Virus record (IMG/VR): IMGVR_UViG_638277085_000001
Coordinates: 163,399-227,398 of that record
Strand: one strand, 5' to 3'
Length of the DNA stretch: 64,000 nucleotides
Origin: a virus
Taxonomy: Duplodnaviria > Heunggongvirae > Uroviricota > Caudoviricetes > Straboviridae
In this document: positions 42,867-54,693 of the stretch, piece by piece
Layout of the letters: the number at the start of each line of letters is the position of its first letter
How positions within the stretch are numbered: the first letter of the stretch is position 1
Program-made: the position numbers and the translations under genes
The notes under the pieces: generated by a model
What the model was told of the DNA's origin: nothing
Seen by the model: the letters and a program-made list of their open reading frames with translations, nothing else
Databases searched by the model: none

Positions 42867-43552
42867 TGACAACTAAAGCAAGACATGCGTCACGAGTGTG
42901 GAGCAATGACTCGCGCATGAAGATTTTCGATCAAACAGCAATTGACGACTCGGGTTTATTCCCGGGTGGTCGCTTCAATTTCCGCGGTGCGGTATTAGGC
43001 GATTCAACAATTGACGAAATTCAAGAAGGCGCGTGGGACCCGAACGTTCAAGCTGCGATCATGCAGCTTGCAATGGCAGCAATTTTGCCAGTCGGTACTA
43101 TTATCTCGTCAACAGACGCAACGAACCCGTTTAACACGAACCAGTTCAACGAAACAATTACATTCACTGGGACTTCGGCAGTTGATAACATCAGCTTATA
43201 TGGCGTTTCAGTGCAGTTGACTGTAGGCGATTCGGATAATGACATTGCAGAAAAAGTTTTCACGGCTCTGCACGCATCGAATCTGTTTGACACTGTTCCG
43301 ACAGATCACGTCGCACCGTCAAACACGTTTCTATTGAAGCACCGCAGTTCTAGACCGCACAATCCTGCGTACTCAACGACGTTTGAAGACATTTTAGACC
43401 CAGAAGGTAGTCCAACTGGGATTCAAGCTAAAAGCGTCGTCACGGGTTCGTCAGACGGTCAGAAGAGCTTAGGTTACGGGGAATGGGAATTGTATCACAC
43501 TGATACAACAACATTCACTGATACTGTATATTACTACAGAAGGATTGCATAA
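42866..43552 (+). CDS. 11: Baseplate wedge / short-tail-fibre connector gp11 (ATG overlaps the gp10 stop: taATG)
   Basis: 228 aa (T4 is 219 aa). Synteny. Confidence 0.5.
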   Translation: MTTKARHASRVWSNDSRMKIFDQTAIDDSGLFPGGRFNFRGAVLGDSTIDEIQEGAWDPNVQAAIMQLAMAAILPVGTIISSTDATNPFNTNQFNETITFTGTSAVDNISLYGVSVQLTVGDSDNDIAEKVFTALHASNLFDTVPTDHVAPSNTFLLKHRSSRPHNPAYSTTFEDILDPEGSPTGIQAKSVVTGSSDGQKSLGYGEWELYHTDTTTFTDTVYYYRRIA

Positions 43553-45090
43553 TGTCAGGAACAAACATATTCACGCACGCGAGTGACGAGGCAAAATATG
43601 TTTACCTGCAACCGTTCACTTCTCCCGGTTCAGCTTTTGAAGCGGGAGGAGATGTTCAGAGTATTTTGGAGCAAATTGATCCAAGCGCATTGCTACCACT
43701 GCCGCCGTTACCTTATGCAACTCCGACTGAGGACGGTGCAGTTGAGTACTCGACTCAAGCAGAAGCTAATGCACTTGATGATTTATTGACTGTTCTTACA
43801 CCCGAAACATTAGACGGTGTTGATCAGTTTGTATCACCAGCAACCGATACTCAGCTAGGTAACTTACTTGAATTACGTTCAAGTGATTTGACTCGAACAT
43901 ATGCATCGTCAGATGCTAGTCGTTTGCTTTCATATCGTCGTCTTGAAGAAATGATGACGACTAGAAATGCACTTGCCGATGACACAACTAATGAATCTCA
44001 GGGGTTTGCTCAGTTTGCAACTCTAGCTGAATCATTAGCATACAACCCATCACGCATAATCTCGCCTATGCGAACGTGGAACTTGATTAAAAAAGAAATT
44101 CCAAACCCGTGGGCGCAAGCAACCGAGACATCAACCGGTGTCGTTAGAACAGTAGCACCGAGTGATTCATTGAAATCAGATGCTTCTATCGCGATTAGTG
44201 TCAAAGGGTTGAATCATGTATCAGCAACAACTTCAAAGCGAGGTGCGTTTAAGTTAACACAAAACAACTATGATCGCAATGCAAGTGATGCAAACGAATA
44301 TGCAATAACTCCCGGTACAATTGATAATTTATTGGCTACGAGTGATAAGGTCGGATTCTTTCAACTCCCTGCTACGTTCACAAACGACTCAACTCAAGCA
44401 ACTAGTGCGGCATTAGGCTACGAACTTGCAAATAAACTGGGTCCAGATGGTGGTACGATTACAGGTACGCTTCAATGTGACAACATTTACAGTAATATTG
44501 TTACGAGACAAAAGCAATACAGCTATGGCGGCTCATATTACGTTAATGTAAGAGAAACGCGAGAAGTATTCCCGAACAATCAACTTGACGCTAAAATCGG
44601 CTTAGCAGGTCGACCAGTCGGGAGCATTTTCCATTGTACCGAAAATGTAGACCCGAATGTTGTATTTGGGGGCGTGTGGTATAGAATCAGAGCAGGTCAA
44701 ACAATGATTGGTCAAGGCACGGGCGACGATGGCGTGCGTCGTCGTTACTTCTCGGCAGGGACATATCGCGATGACGACCGAGTTACATTGTACGAGCGCC
44801 ATTTGCCTAGTCATAGTCACAAAAGCTGGGGTGAAACATACTCGGGTTCTAAATCTGCATGTGTTAAGTACGGTACATATCGAAACCCGTATGGCGTGAC
44901 GTATTACTGTAAAGAATACAGCTACGTTGATTATTGGAGATTTGGTAAATCTGGCTCTCGCAATAATATAGGCATGGGTTCTACTGACCGAGATAATTAC
45001 ATGTATTACACATCACCGGTAGGTGGCGGTCAAGCTCATGAAAACATGATGCCATTCTATCCCGTTTATATTTGGAGACGAGTTAAATGA
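43552..45090 (+). CDS. 12: Short tail fibre gp12
   Basis: 512 aa (T4 is 527 aa). C-terminus DNYMYYTSPVGGGQAHENMMPFYPVYIWRRVK. Synteny. Confidence 0.6.
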   Translation: MSGTNIFTHASDEAKYVYLQPFTSPGSAFEAGGDVQSILEQIDPSALLPLPPLPYATPTEDGAVEYSTQAEANALDDLLTVLTPETLDGVDQFVSPATDTQLGNLLELRSSDLTRTYASSDASRLLSYRRLEEMMTTRNALADDTTNESQGFAQFATLAESLAYNPSRIISPMRTWNLIKKEIPNPWAQATETSTGVVRTVAPSDSLKSDASIAISVKGLNHVSATTSKRGAFKLTQNNYDRNASDANEYAITPGTIDNLLATSDKVGFFQLPATFTNDSTQATSAALGYELANKLGPDGGTITGTLQCDNIYSNIVTRQKQYSYGGSYYVNVRETREVFPNNQLDAKIGLAGRPVGSIFHCTENVDPNVVFGGVWYRIRAGQTMIGQGTGDDGVRRRYFSAGTYRDDDRVTLYERHLPSHSHKSWGETYSGSKSACVKYGTYRNPYGVTYYCKEYSYVDYWRFGKSGSRNNIGMGSTDRDNYMYYTSPVGGGQAHENMMPFYPVYIWRRVK

Positions 45091-46508
45091 GTAAAGGAAC
45101 TCAAATTTTCAATCACGTGATTGATGATGCGGGTACGGTTACAGTTGAAGTCGCTGGTACTGCCTTTGACGGGCAGACTGGCGGCAACGATGATCTTCAG
45201 ACGTGCCTTGAATTGATTCAAGATCACGCTGTTCAGCCGTTACCTGATTATCCAGTCGCGTCAACGACTGTGGCTGGTATTACGAAATTAAGTGATGAAG
45301 CCGCTGTAGTTGACCCGCTAAACACAGATAGCGCGGTTACGCCAAGTTCGCTTGATTATTGGATGCAAAATCACGCAACTGCAACTGAATTGCAGTATGG
45401 TTTCGTAAAGCTGATAACCGAAAGCACAATCGACACAGTAGCACCGTCAGATCCCGTAGAAGCTGCACAAAAGCACGCATTCACGTTAAAAACGCTGAAC
45501 TATGCTCTTAATACTAGATTTTACGCGACTGAATCTGACCCAGGTGCTGTGCGTCTAGCGACGAACGCGCAAGCAACGACAACAGGCACACTTTCAACGA
45601 CTGTAGCAATGACGCCGCAGCGAGTTAAAGAAATGCTTGACGTGTGGGCAAATACAACTGCATCAGACGCATCCGAAACTACAAAAGGGTTGATTCGACT
45701 AGCAAACGGGACTGAAGTCAACAGTACATTAGCGACTGAAGATAACTTGGCAATTTCGCCATATCGTTTTAACTTTAGAACAGCAACTACGACTCGTAAG
45801 GCAGGGTTTTATCTACCCGACGCTACAGTTGCCAACGCTCGTGCGTCGAACGAACATGCAGTTACAGTGGGCACATTGAATCTATTCAGTGCAAATAGTT
45901 CTCGTGTGGGTGTTGCTAAAATAGCAAATAACCTGACGACGAATGATCCGTTACAAGCTCTAAGCGCAGCAATGGGTTATAAGTTGAACAACGAGAAGAT
46001 TGGCGATGCAGGTGGTACAGTCACGGGTACCCTGAAGATCAACAATGTTCAGTCAGTTGGCGGAACTCAGTTGATGACTAATGGTCTAATTGAATCGCAA
46101 GCAATGCTTAATATGTATCCAGTCGGTTCAGTTTACATGTCGTTAGTATCAACATCACCGGCTACACTTTTCGGTGGTACATGGGCTAGATTGGCACAAG
46201 GTCGTGTTCTTGTTTCAGAGGGTTCATATGGCGGGAGAACTTTTGCAGTTCGCCAAACTGGCGGCGAGTATGAAGTTCAGCTAACTGAAGCAACAATCCC
46301 TGCTCATAAACACGCTGGCTGGGGTGAACATTACGATGGTAATGGTATAGGATTTGGTGTTGCGAAGCAATACGGTCGTAACAACCCAGGTTCTCGTAGA
46401 ACAGACAGTGACAACTATCTATACTACACATCACCAGTCGGTGGTAACCAAGCGCACAACAACGTACAGCCATACTATACTGTTTACATGTGGGAAAGAA
46501 CTGCATAA
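45087..46508 (+). CDS. Second short-tail-fibre paralogue (gp12-like) with a divergent receptor-binding region
   Basis: 473 aa. The C-terminal module (LFGGTWARLAQGRVLV...HKHAGWGEHYDG...DNYLYYTSPVGGNQAHNNVQPYYTVYMWERTA) parallels that of the preceding gp12. The N-terminal part is divergent. Confidence 0.55.
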   Translation: MSKGTQIFNHVIDDAGTVTVEVAGTAFDGQTGGNDDLQTCLELIQDHAVQPLPDYPVASTTVAGITKLSDEAAVVDPLNTDSAVTPSSLDYWMQNHATATELQYGFVKLITESTIDTVAPSDPVEAAQKHAFTLKTLNYALNTRFYATESDPGAVRLATNAQATTTGTLSTTVAMTPQRVKEMLDVWANTTASDASETTKGLIRLANGTEVNSTLATEDNLAISPYRFNFRTATTTRKAGFYLPDATVANARASNEHAVTVGTLNLFSANSSRVGVAKIANNLTTNDPLQALSAAMGYKLNNEKIGDAGGTVTGTLKINNVQSVGGTQLMTNGLIESQAMLNMYPVGSVYMSLVSTSPATLFGGTWARLAQGRVLVSEGSYGGRTFAVRQTGGEYEVQLTEATIPAHKHAGWGEHYDGNGIGFGVAKQYGRNNPGSRRTDSDNYLYYTSPVGGNQAHNNVQPYYTVYMWERTA

Positions 46509-46548
46509 AGACAAGCATAGTATAGCTTGAAAGTCAATGCTAATAAAC

Positions 46549-46576
46549 GGGTGAGATTGATTTCTCACCCTTTTTT
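46549..46576 (+). terminator. Rho-independent terminator (gggtgaga ttgattt ctcaccc + T6)
   Basis: 8-bp stem plus T-run after the gp12 paralogue. Confidence 0.65.
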
Positions 46577-46759
46577 GTATGAGCGAAGCGGTAGAAACGG
46601 ATCGAGGCGGAAAAATTCCGTCTCATCTTAGTAGTATTAGTGGTTTTAGTGAAGTTAGAGATATTAGTATGATTAGTATTAAATACTTGTTTAAACCCAT
46701 GAATGTGCCTGCTATTATAAACGCATAAAGACATCTCCCTCCTTGATCCTTTGTATTGC

Positions 46760-46767
46760 TATAAATA
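46760..46767 (+). promoter_or_regulatory. T4 late promoter TATAAATA upstream of the fibritin gene
   Basis: Exact TATAAATA about 40 nt before the ATG at 46807. Confidence 0.6.
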
Positions 46768-46806
46768 GTAGTAAGCTATGTTCATTTACAATACAAGGGA
46801 ACAAAA

Positions 46807-48486
46807 ATGACAATTCAAAAGCCTATCATTACAGAGCTTAGATATGTAAATGGTCAACCAGATCCTTCTCAACGTCCCGATCAAACTCGAATTAACTGGG
46901 CTAAGAATGGTGAAAGCATCAATGGTGCTTCTGGTGACACGGTTTCTGACGGTGTGCTAAACCGCGCAGGAGTACAGATCCAAGAAAACGTTCTGAACAC
47001 ACATTATAATACAAAAGCACAGCAAACGACAATCGAAGAACTTGTCGATACCGTAAACGAACTGACGGGTGGTGGCGACGCAAACCTTGGTGCTCGTGTT
47101 TCTCAGACTGAATTCGATATTGATGTTCTTGAAAATCAAGTAGATGATCTTCAAGACAATGTTGGTGTACCGTCTACTATTGATGTTATGGCAACCGGTT
47201 TATATCGTCGCGCTGAAGACATCGAAGCTGATATTGGTGTTCGTAACCCAAATGACATCCCAAATGACGTTGAGAATAATGACACGATTCGTAAAGACTT
47301 GTATTTCATCAAACGTCGTATCGGTAACGACCGTAACTACGATGTCAACGGGAATTCATCTCCGAGTACAAACCCAACTGGTATGAAATATCAGATTGAA
47401 GATTTGTACAACAAAACTGCAACGATCAATGCTGAAATTGGTGAAAACACAATCCCGTTGACAATCAATGGTCGTCTGTATGAGTTGGAGCAAAACTCAC
47501 AAGTTGGTGACGTTGCTGAACTTCGTAGCGAAATCGGCGATTCTCAAGATGCAGATCCTGCTCGTACGATTTATTTGCGCCTTGACGACGCAGAGAGTGC
47601 GATTAGTGACAACTCATCAGACATAAATTTGTTGCAACAAGAAATCGAAACTCCAACAACTGGTCTAATTGTTCGCGTTTCGGCTAATGAAACTGCAATT
47701 TCAGACGGTCAGACTCAAATCACGGCTAATGCTCAGTCAATTAATGACATTACAACTGACCTTGGCTCGTACTCAGTAGGTGACGTGTATGCAGGTACGG
47801 TTAAAGCTCGTCTATCGACGTTTAACGACGACATTTCTAATCTATGGAGCCGTTTAGGGGCTACTGACGCAGAGACTGGCACAGTGTCGTACAGAGTGGC
47901 AGGATTAGAGGCTAGTCTAGGGGATCGCGATAGTCCGGTTGAATTCACAGCGTGGTACACTATTCAAGAAAACCGTGGTCTGATTGACTCAGCTCAGTCG
48001 GATGTTGATGGTCTATTGACTGTAGTCGGTCAGAGTGATACTGAAGTGGGTACTTTGCGTGCTCGTGTTCTTGAGCTTGAAGCCAACTTGGATTATGCAA
48101 TGTTGACTTCAGACACGCCAAACACGGCATCGTTGACAACAACACCGACAGACATGTTCAGTTTATTCAACGTTGAATCAGACGTAAGTGGTTTCACATA
48201 CACAGGTGGTGTTTTGACTAGAACTGGTCTTGGTATTAAAAAGCCGATCATGTTGAACTGGGTAGTTGTTTCGCCAACTACAACAACACTTACGATTAAG
48301 ATTGATATTGTCAATCCGTCTGGTAGTGTTACTATTGAAAAAACACGTACGCTTCGTGCAGGTGCAGTTACGCCGATCAATATTGTTCACGTTGCTGACA
48401 TTGAAGACACTGGTGACATTAGTATTCTTGCTAGTACTGCGGCAAACGTTACGATTGAACACGAATCGTTCTTCATGCAACTATAA
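46807..48486 (+). CDS. wac: Fibritin / neck whisker protein (wac-like)
   Basis: 559 aa. Long coiled-coil heptad-rich central region. Position between gp12 and gp13, as in T4. Confidence 0.45.
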   Translation: MTIQKPIITELRYVNGQPDPSQRPDQTRINWAKNGESINGASGDTVSDGVLNRAGVQIQENVLNTHYNTKAQQTTIEELVDTVNELTGGGDANLGARVSQTEFDIDVLENQVDDLQDNVGVPSTIDVMATGLYRRAEDIEADIGVRNPNDIPNDVENNDTIRKDLYFIKRRIGNDRNYDVNGNSSPSTNPTGMKYQIEDLYNKTATINAEIGENTIPLTINGRLYELEQNSQVGDVAELRSEIGDSQDADPARTIYLRLDDAESAISDNSSDINLLQQEIETPTTGLIVRVSANETAISDGQTQITANAQSINDITTDLGSYSVGDVYAGTVKARLSTFNDDISNLWSRLGATDAETGTVSYRVAGLEASLGDRDSPVEFTAWYTIQENRGLIDSAQSDVDGLLTVVGQSDTEVGTLRARVLELEANLDYAMLTSDTPNTASLTTTPTDMFSLFNVESDVSGFTYTGGVLTRTGLGIKKPIMLNWVVVSPTTTTLTIKIDIVNPSGSVTIEKTRTLRAGAVTPINIVHVADIEDTGDISILASTAANVTIEHESFFMQL

Positions 48487-48496
48487 GGGGTAATTT

Positions 48497-49420
48497 ATGC
48501 AAGCGTATAACGCCACATCGCCTCGTGAAATGAAAGATTTGATTTTAAGGCGCCTAGGTGCGCCTATTGTCAACGTCGAAGTATCTGAAGATCAGGTATA
48601 CGACTGTATTTCTCGTGCGCTTGAATTATACATTGAGTATCACCCAGACGGTGTTAATAAAACGTATTCTATCATTTCATTATCTGAAGAGCAAGCTCAG
48701 ACAGGCATCATCGACTTGGATATCCCTGCGACTGCTATCACTAAGATTTTGCGTGCAGAAAGTTCGTTTTTCACTATGGATGGTAATGCTACTTACTCAT
48801 GGTTTAGTGATTTTCTACAAGGTCTAGCTGGCGGTCCCGGTGCGGGGTCGTGTAACTCATATCATCAGGGGATGTTAGGTCAAGGTAGTCTAAGTGACTA
48901 CTGGAACTTGATGTCATACAAAAATATGTTGACTGACTTGTTATCACCTGAATACGATTATTGGTATAATGGCGTAAACAAGCAGCTTCGTATCAATGCA
49001 AACTTGAGTGCAGGTGAGCTTATTGTAGTTGAAGCATTTGTTCCTAGTGCGTTGTTGGTTTCTGAATCGGCAACTGGTATTATTGGTAACAAAGCAGCTA
49101 CTATCGGCTCATATGAAGATACGACTGCACAAGAGCGTTGGGATGACCCATACAGCATTCTTCGTCAGAACAACACAATCGGTAACCCGAACCAATTCGC
49201 TGAACAAAATGCTTATTCAGTTCGCTGGGTTAAAGACATGGCAACCGCTATGACTAAGCAAATGAACGGCGTTATCTTGAAAAAACATCAAGGGTTGCAA
49301 TTGCCAGGTGGAATTACAATTGATGGTAAGGAAATTTACGATGAGGCAACTCAAGAGATTGAGAGGCTACGTGAAGAGCTAATGTCATTGACTGTTCCAC
49401 TAGGCGTATTCATGGGGTGA
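48497..49420 (+). CDS. 13: Neck protein gp13
   Basis: 307 aa (T4 is 309 aa). Synteny. Confidence 0.5.
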   Translation: MQAYNATSPREMKDLILRRLGAPIVNVEVSEDQVYDCISRALELYIEYHPDGVNKTYSIISLSEEQAQTGIIDLDIPATAITKILRAESSFFTMDGNATYSWFSDFLQGLAGGPGAGSCNSYHQGMLGQGSLSDYWNLMSYKNMLTDLLSPEYDYWYNGVNKQLRINANLSAGELIVVEAFVPSALLVSESATGIIGNKAATIGSYEDTTAQERWDDPYSILRQNNTIGNPNQFAEQNAYSVRWVKDMATAMTKQMNGVILKKHQGLQLPGGITIDGKEIYDEATQEIERLREELMSLTVPLGVFMG

Positions 49421-49423
49421 TTT

Positions 49424-50260
49424 ATGGGAGCATACGACACTAATACGGGTGGTATGTTCGCTAAGTTAGAAAGTCAAAAAGGGTATGATCAGATTTACAA
49501 CAATCACTTGGTCAACCCTTATTTTAACTGGGTGAATCATACTAATGAGCAGAATCTAACGGACATGCTCGTAGCAGAATCAATCATCAACCGAGGGGTT
49601 GAATGTGTGTATCTGCGAAGAGAAATGGAAAAGGTCGATCTTGTGTTCGGCGAAGACCCAATGAGTAAATTCACTCAGAACTTTCGAATGTCTCTTTACG
49701 TCGAATCATTTGAAGGGTGGGATGGTGACGGCGATTGGTACAGTAAATTCGGATTTCAAGTGAATGATGAAATGAACGTCTGTATCAACCCGAAATTGTT
49801 CGCTCAACAAGGCGACGGTAAGCAGCCGTTAATGGGTGATTTAATTTACTTCCCTCTTGCAAATAGTCTTTTTGAGATTAGTTGGATTGAGCGCGAAGAC
49901 CCTTGGTATATGAACGGTGTTCTACCTATGCGCAAGATGAAAATGACTAAATTCGTTTACTCCGGTGAAGAAATTAATCTTGAGAAGCCAGAGGCAGTCA
50001 TTGATTCAATTGACGATATTCTAAACTTTGGAGAAGATACTGACGAAATGATTGACATTGACAAAATCAATGCACTTGACGGGCGTTGGGATATTGGTAT
50101 CGAACAAGGTGCTGAAATTACTCAAATCGAAGATGAAGTTGACAAGTTCTATGAGTCTGAGCAAGTCGTGCCTAGCGGCAGTGACGTTCAGCCTACAGAC
50201 CCGCGCAACGCAACGATTGGTTTCAATGTAAATAACAGTAATCCATTCGACAGTTTTTAA
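49424..50260 (+). CDS. 14: Neck protein gp14
   Basis: 278 aa (T4 is 256 aa). Synteny. Confidence 0.5.
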   Translation: MGAYDTNTGGMFAKLESQKGYDQIYNNHLVNPYFNWVNHTNEQNLTDMLVAESIINRGVECVYLRREMEKVDLVFGEDPMSKFTQNFRMSLYVESFEGWDGDGDWYSKFGFQVNDEMNVCINPKLFAQQGDGKQPLMGDLIYFPLANSLFEISWIEREDPWYMNGVLPMRKMKMTKFVYSGEEINLEKPEAVIDSIDDILNFGEDTDEMIDIDKINALDGRWDIGIEQGAEITQIEDEVDKFYESEQVVPSGSDVQPTDPRNATIGFNVNNSNPFDSF

Positions 50261-50269
50261 GGGGGCATC

Positions 50270-51622
50270 GTGAAAGGGTATTTCTATCACAGATCGATAC
50301 GAAAATACGTTCTCTTGATGGGAAACTTGTTCTCTAACATATACGTGTCTCGCGGAGACGGGTATAGAAAGGTGCCAATTACAGTTTCATCAAAGGAGCA
50401 CTTTGTTGCATCTTTGAACAGTCAAGAGCTTAACGGCGACGGTAGCGTGGCAAATGTAGCTACGCTGCTACCAAGAATTGGCTTGGACATGGTTTCGTGT
50501 ACGTATGACGCTACTCGAAAGACAAACATTGCAAATCGTAAGCTGACACGTGACTTTACGGGAGACCGACCTAAGTCGAACAAGTTGTTTAACCCTGTCC
50601 CTTACGACTTCGAATTTGAAGTGAGCGTTTATACGCGACATCAGGATGATGCATTTCAGATTATAGAACAAATACTACCATACTTTCAACCTCAGTTCAA
50701 TACAATGATCAAAGAGCTTGATGAAAATGAAGTTGTGGTAGACCAGCGTGATATTCCGATCATCTTAGAATCGGCTGTTCCTGAGACAACGTTCGAGGGT
50801 GCGGCTGGTGATATGAGACACATCGAATGGACGCTTAACTTGCGAATGAAAGGTTGGCTATATCCGCCTACAAACGCACAGTTTGGTGAAATCAGAACGA
50901 TTTACCTAAACTTTCAAGATGAAGAACAAACGATCATTCACGCAGAGCGCGAAGCGGTTACAAGCTCTTACGACATTCTTTGGAAAGTTCGCTCAGAGGT
51001 TGAAGCACTTACTACGTTCGGATGGCGTCATAGCGTTGATAGTCTATACGGTCTTGTATGGAACACACGTGGCGATATTGTCAGCGATCTTGAAATTGAC
51101 TGGAATCGTCGATTCAGCATCACAGATGCATTGCAAATTGATTGGTCAACACGTTCAAGCGCGAGTTCTGAGCTATTGGTTGATTGGAATATTCGTGATG
51201 TCGTCGGTCGAGACTACGATGTTGACTGGTACAACCGTCAGATCATTGAAAGCACATACGACTCGCCTTGGGGCGTATCACCAATTGCTTCTAATGAACT
51301 GGCAATCGACTGGGATACACGTGAGTTTGTTGAACTCAACACCGACATTCAGTGGTCAGAGGGTGCAATTGCTGAAAGTAGCTTAGATGTTGATTGGAAT
51401 CGTTCTCAATATGTTGAAGCAGTGTCAGACATAGATTGGTCGACTCGCGCAGTCGTAACATCGGTCAATGACATAGATTGGTCAACACGTTCTGAACTAT
51501 CGGCATCTACTGATATTAACTACAACATGTCTTCACAAGTAACAAGCAGCTACGAAATGTACTACCTACCGGGTGAACTTGCTTGGAACTTCACTGACGT
51601 GACGTACAACATTGAAAACTAA
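50270..51622 (+). CDS. 15: Tail sheath stabiliser / tail completion protein gp15 with a roughly 180-aa C-terminal extension of DW(N/S)xR repeats
   Basis: 450 aa. The N-terminal 260 aa match the gp15 pattern (GYFY..S.R.Y..LMG.LFSNI, RVPIT..SKEHF, LLPRI, IIEQILPYFQPQFNT, RHIEWTLN, KGWLYPP). The C-terminus has about 10 tandem IDWNRR / IDWSTR / VDWNIR repeats. Confidence 0.75.
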   Translation: MKGYFYHRSIRKYVLLMGNLFSNIYVSRGDGYRKVPITVSSKEHFVASLNSQELNGDGSVANVATLLPRIGLDMVSCTYDATRKTNIANRKLTRDFTGDRPKSNKLFNPVPYDFEFEVSVYTRHQDDAFQIIEQILPYFQPQFNTMIKELDENEVVVDQRDIPIILESAVPETTFEGAAGDMRHIEWTLNLRMKGWLYPPTNAQFGEIRTIYLNFQDEEQTIIHAEREAVTSSYDILWKVRSEVEALTTFGWRHSVDSLYGLVWNTRGDIVSDLEIDWNRRFSITDALQIDWSTRSSASSELLVDWNIRDVVGRDYDVDWYNRQIIESTYDSPWGVSPIASNELAIDWDTREFVELNTDIQWSEGAIAESSLDVDWNRSQYVEAVSDIDWSTRAVVTSVNDIDWSTRSELSASTDINYNMSSQVTSSYEMYYLPGELAWNFTDVTYNIEN

Positions 51623-51676
51623 TACGTATGGTCTTCTAAATATGAAGACCATCCTTATCTTTTTGGAGAGCTAACA

Positions 51677-52225
51677 ATGCCTATCGTAACAGGTGATTTG
51701 AAATTTAAGAAAAGTCTGCACGTAGTTGCAGCGGGACCGGGTAACGGCAATACGCATGATCTAGAAATTGATTCACTTGGTGGCGGTATTAGTGCTACTG
51801 AATTAGTGTCTGGTGAATTGCACGGTCTTTTTGATGCTGTGCCGTCAGCGGAAGCAGCATCAGGACGTGTTGAGTATCGTTTGATTTACGTACAGAACAC
51901 ACACGCTACATTGACACTGTATGATGCGAAAGTATTCATCTTTGCAAATACAGCATCGCCAGATTCAACAATCGAAATCGGTCTGGACCCTGTAGCAGGC
52001 AATGGCGTTGACTCGCTGATCTTGCTAGATGATGAAGTTGACTCAGGTAATGAATTGTCTGCGGTAGTATTCGGTGAACATTCTGATTTCGCATCAGGTC
52101 TAGACATCGGTAATCTACAAGCAGGTGAACAACGCGCCGTTTGGGTTCGTCGTACAATCAGTCCGGGTGCAGCGGCAGCGGCAGAAACTGCAACAATATC
52201 ATTGCGCGGTGACACTGACGCTTAA
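51677..52225 (+). CDS. Hypothetical protein inserted between gp15 and gp16 (Ala/Gly-rich)
   Basis: 182-aa ORF with its own RBS. No recognisable motifs. Confidence 0.4.
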   Translation: MPIVTGDLKFKKSLHVVAAGPGNGNTHDLEIDSLGGGISATELVSGELHGLFDAVPSAEAASGRVEYRLIYVQNTHATLTLYDAKVFIFANTASPDSTIEIGLDPVAGNGVDSLILLDDEVDSGNELSAVVFGEHSDFASGLDIGNLQAGEQRAVWVRRTISPGAAAAAETATISLRGDTDA

Positions 52226-52336
52226 ATGCTTATTTTAACGCTGTGTGCAGCTCGTACGCAGCGTTTGTCTATTTTATTGAGTGTTTGTACTCATATTATT
52301 GAAAAGACGCTCACAGAGCGTTTTAGAGAGGAACGT

Positions 52337-54647
<2,311 letters not shown>

Positions 54648-54648
54648 T

Positions 54649-54656
54649 TATAAATA
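54649..54656 (+). promoter_or_regulatory. T4 late promoter TATAAATA upstream of gp18
   Basis: Exact TATAAATA 38 nt before the ATG at 54694. Confidence 0.6.
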
Positions 54657-54693
54657 TTGAATGAACAAACAACTTAATGGTAAGGAAAAATAA

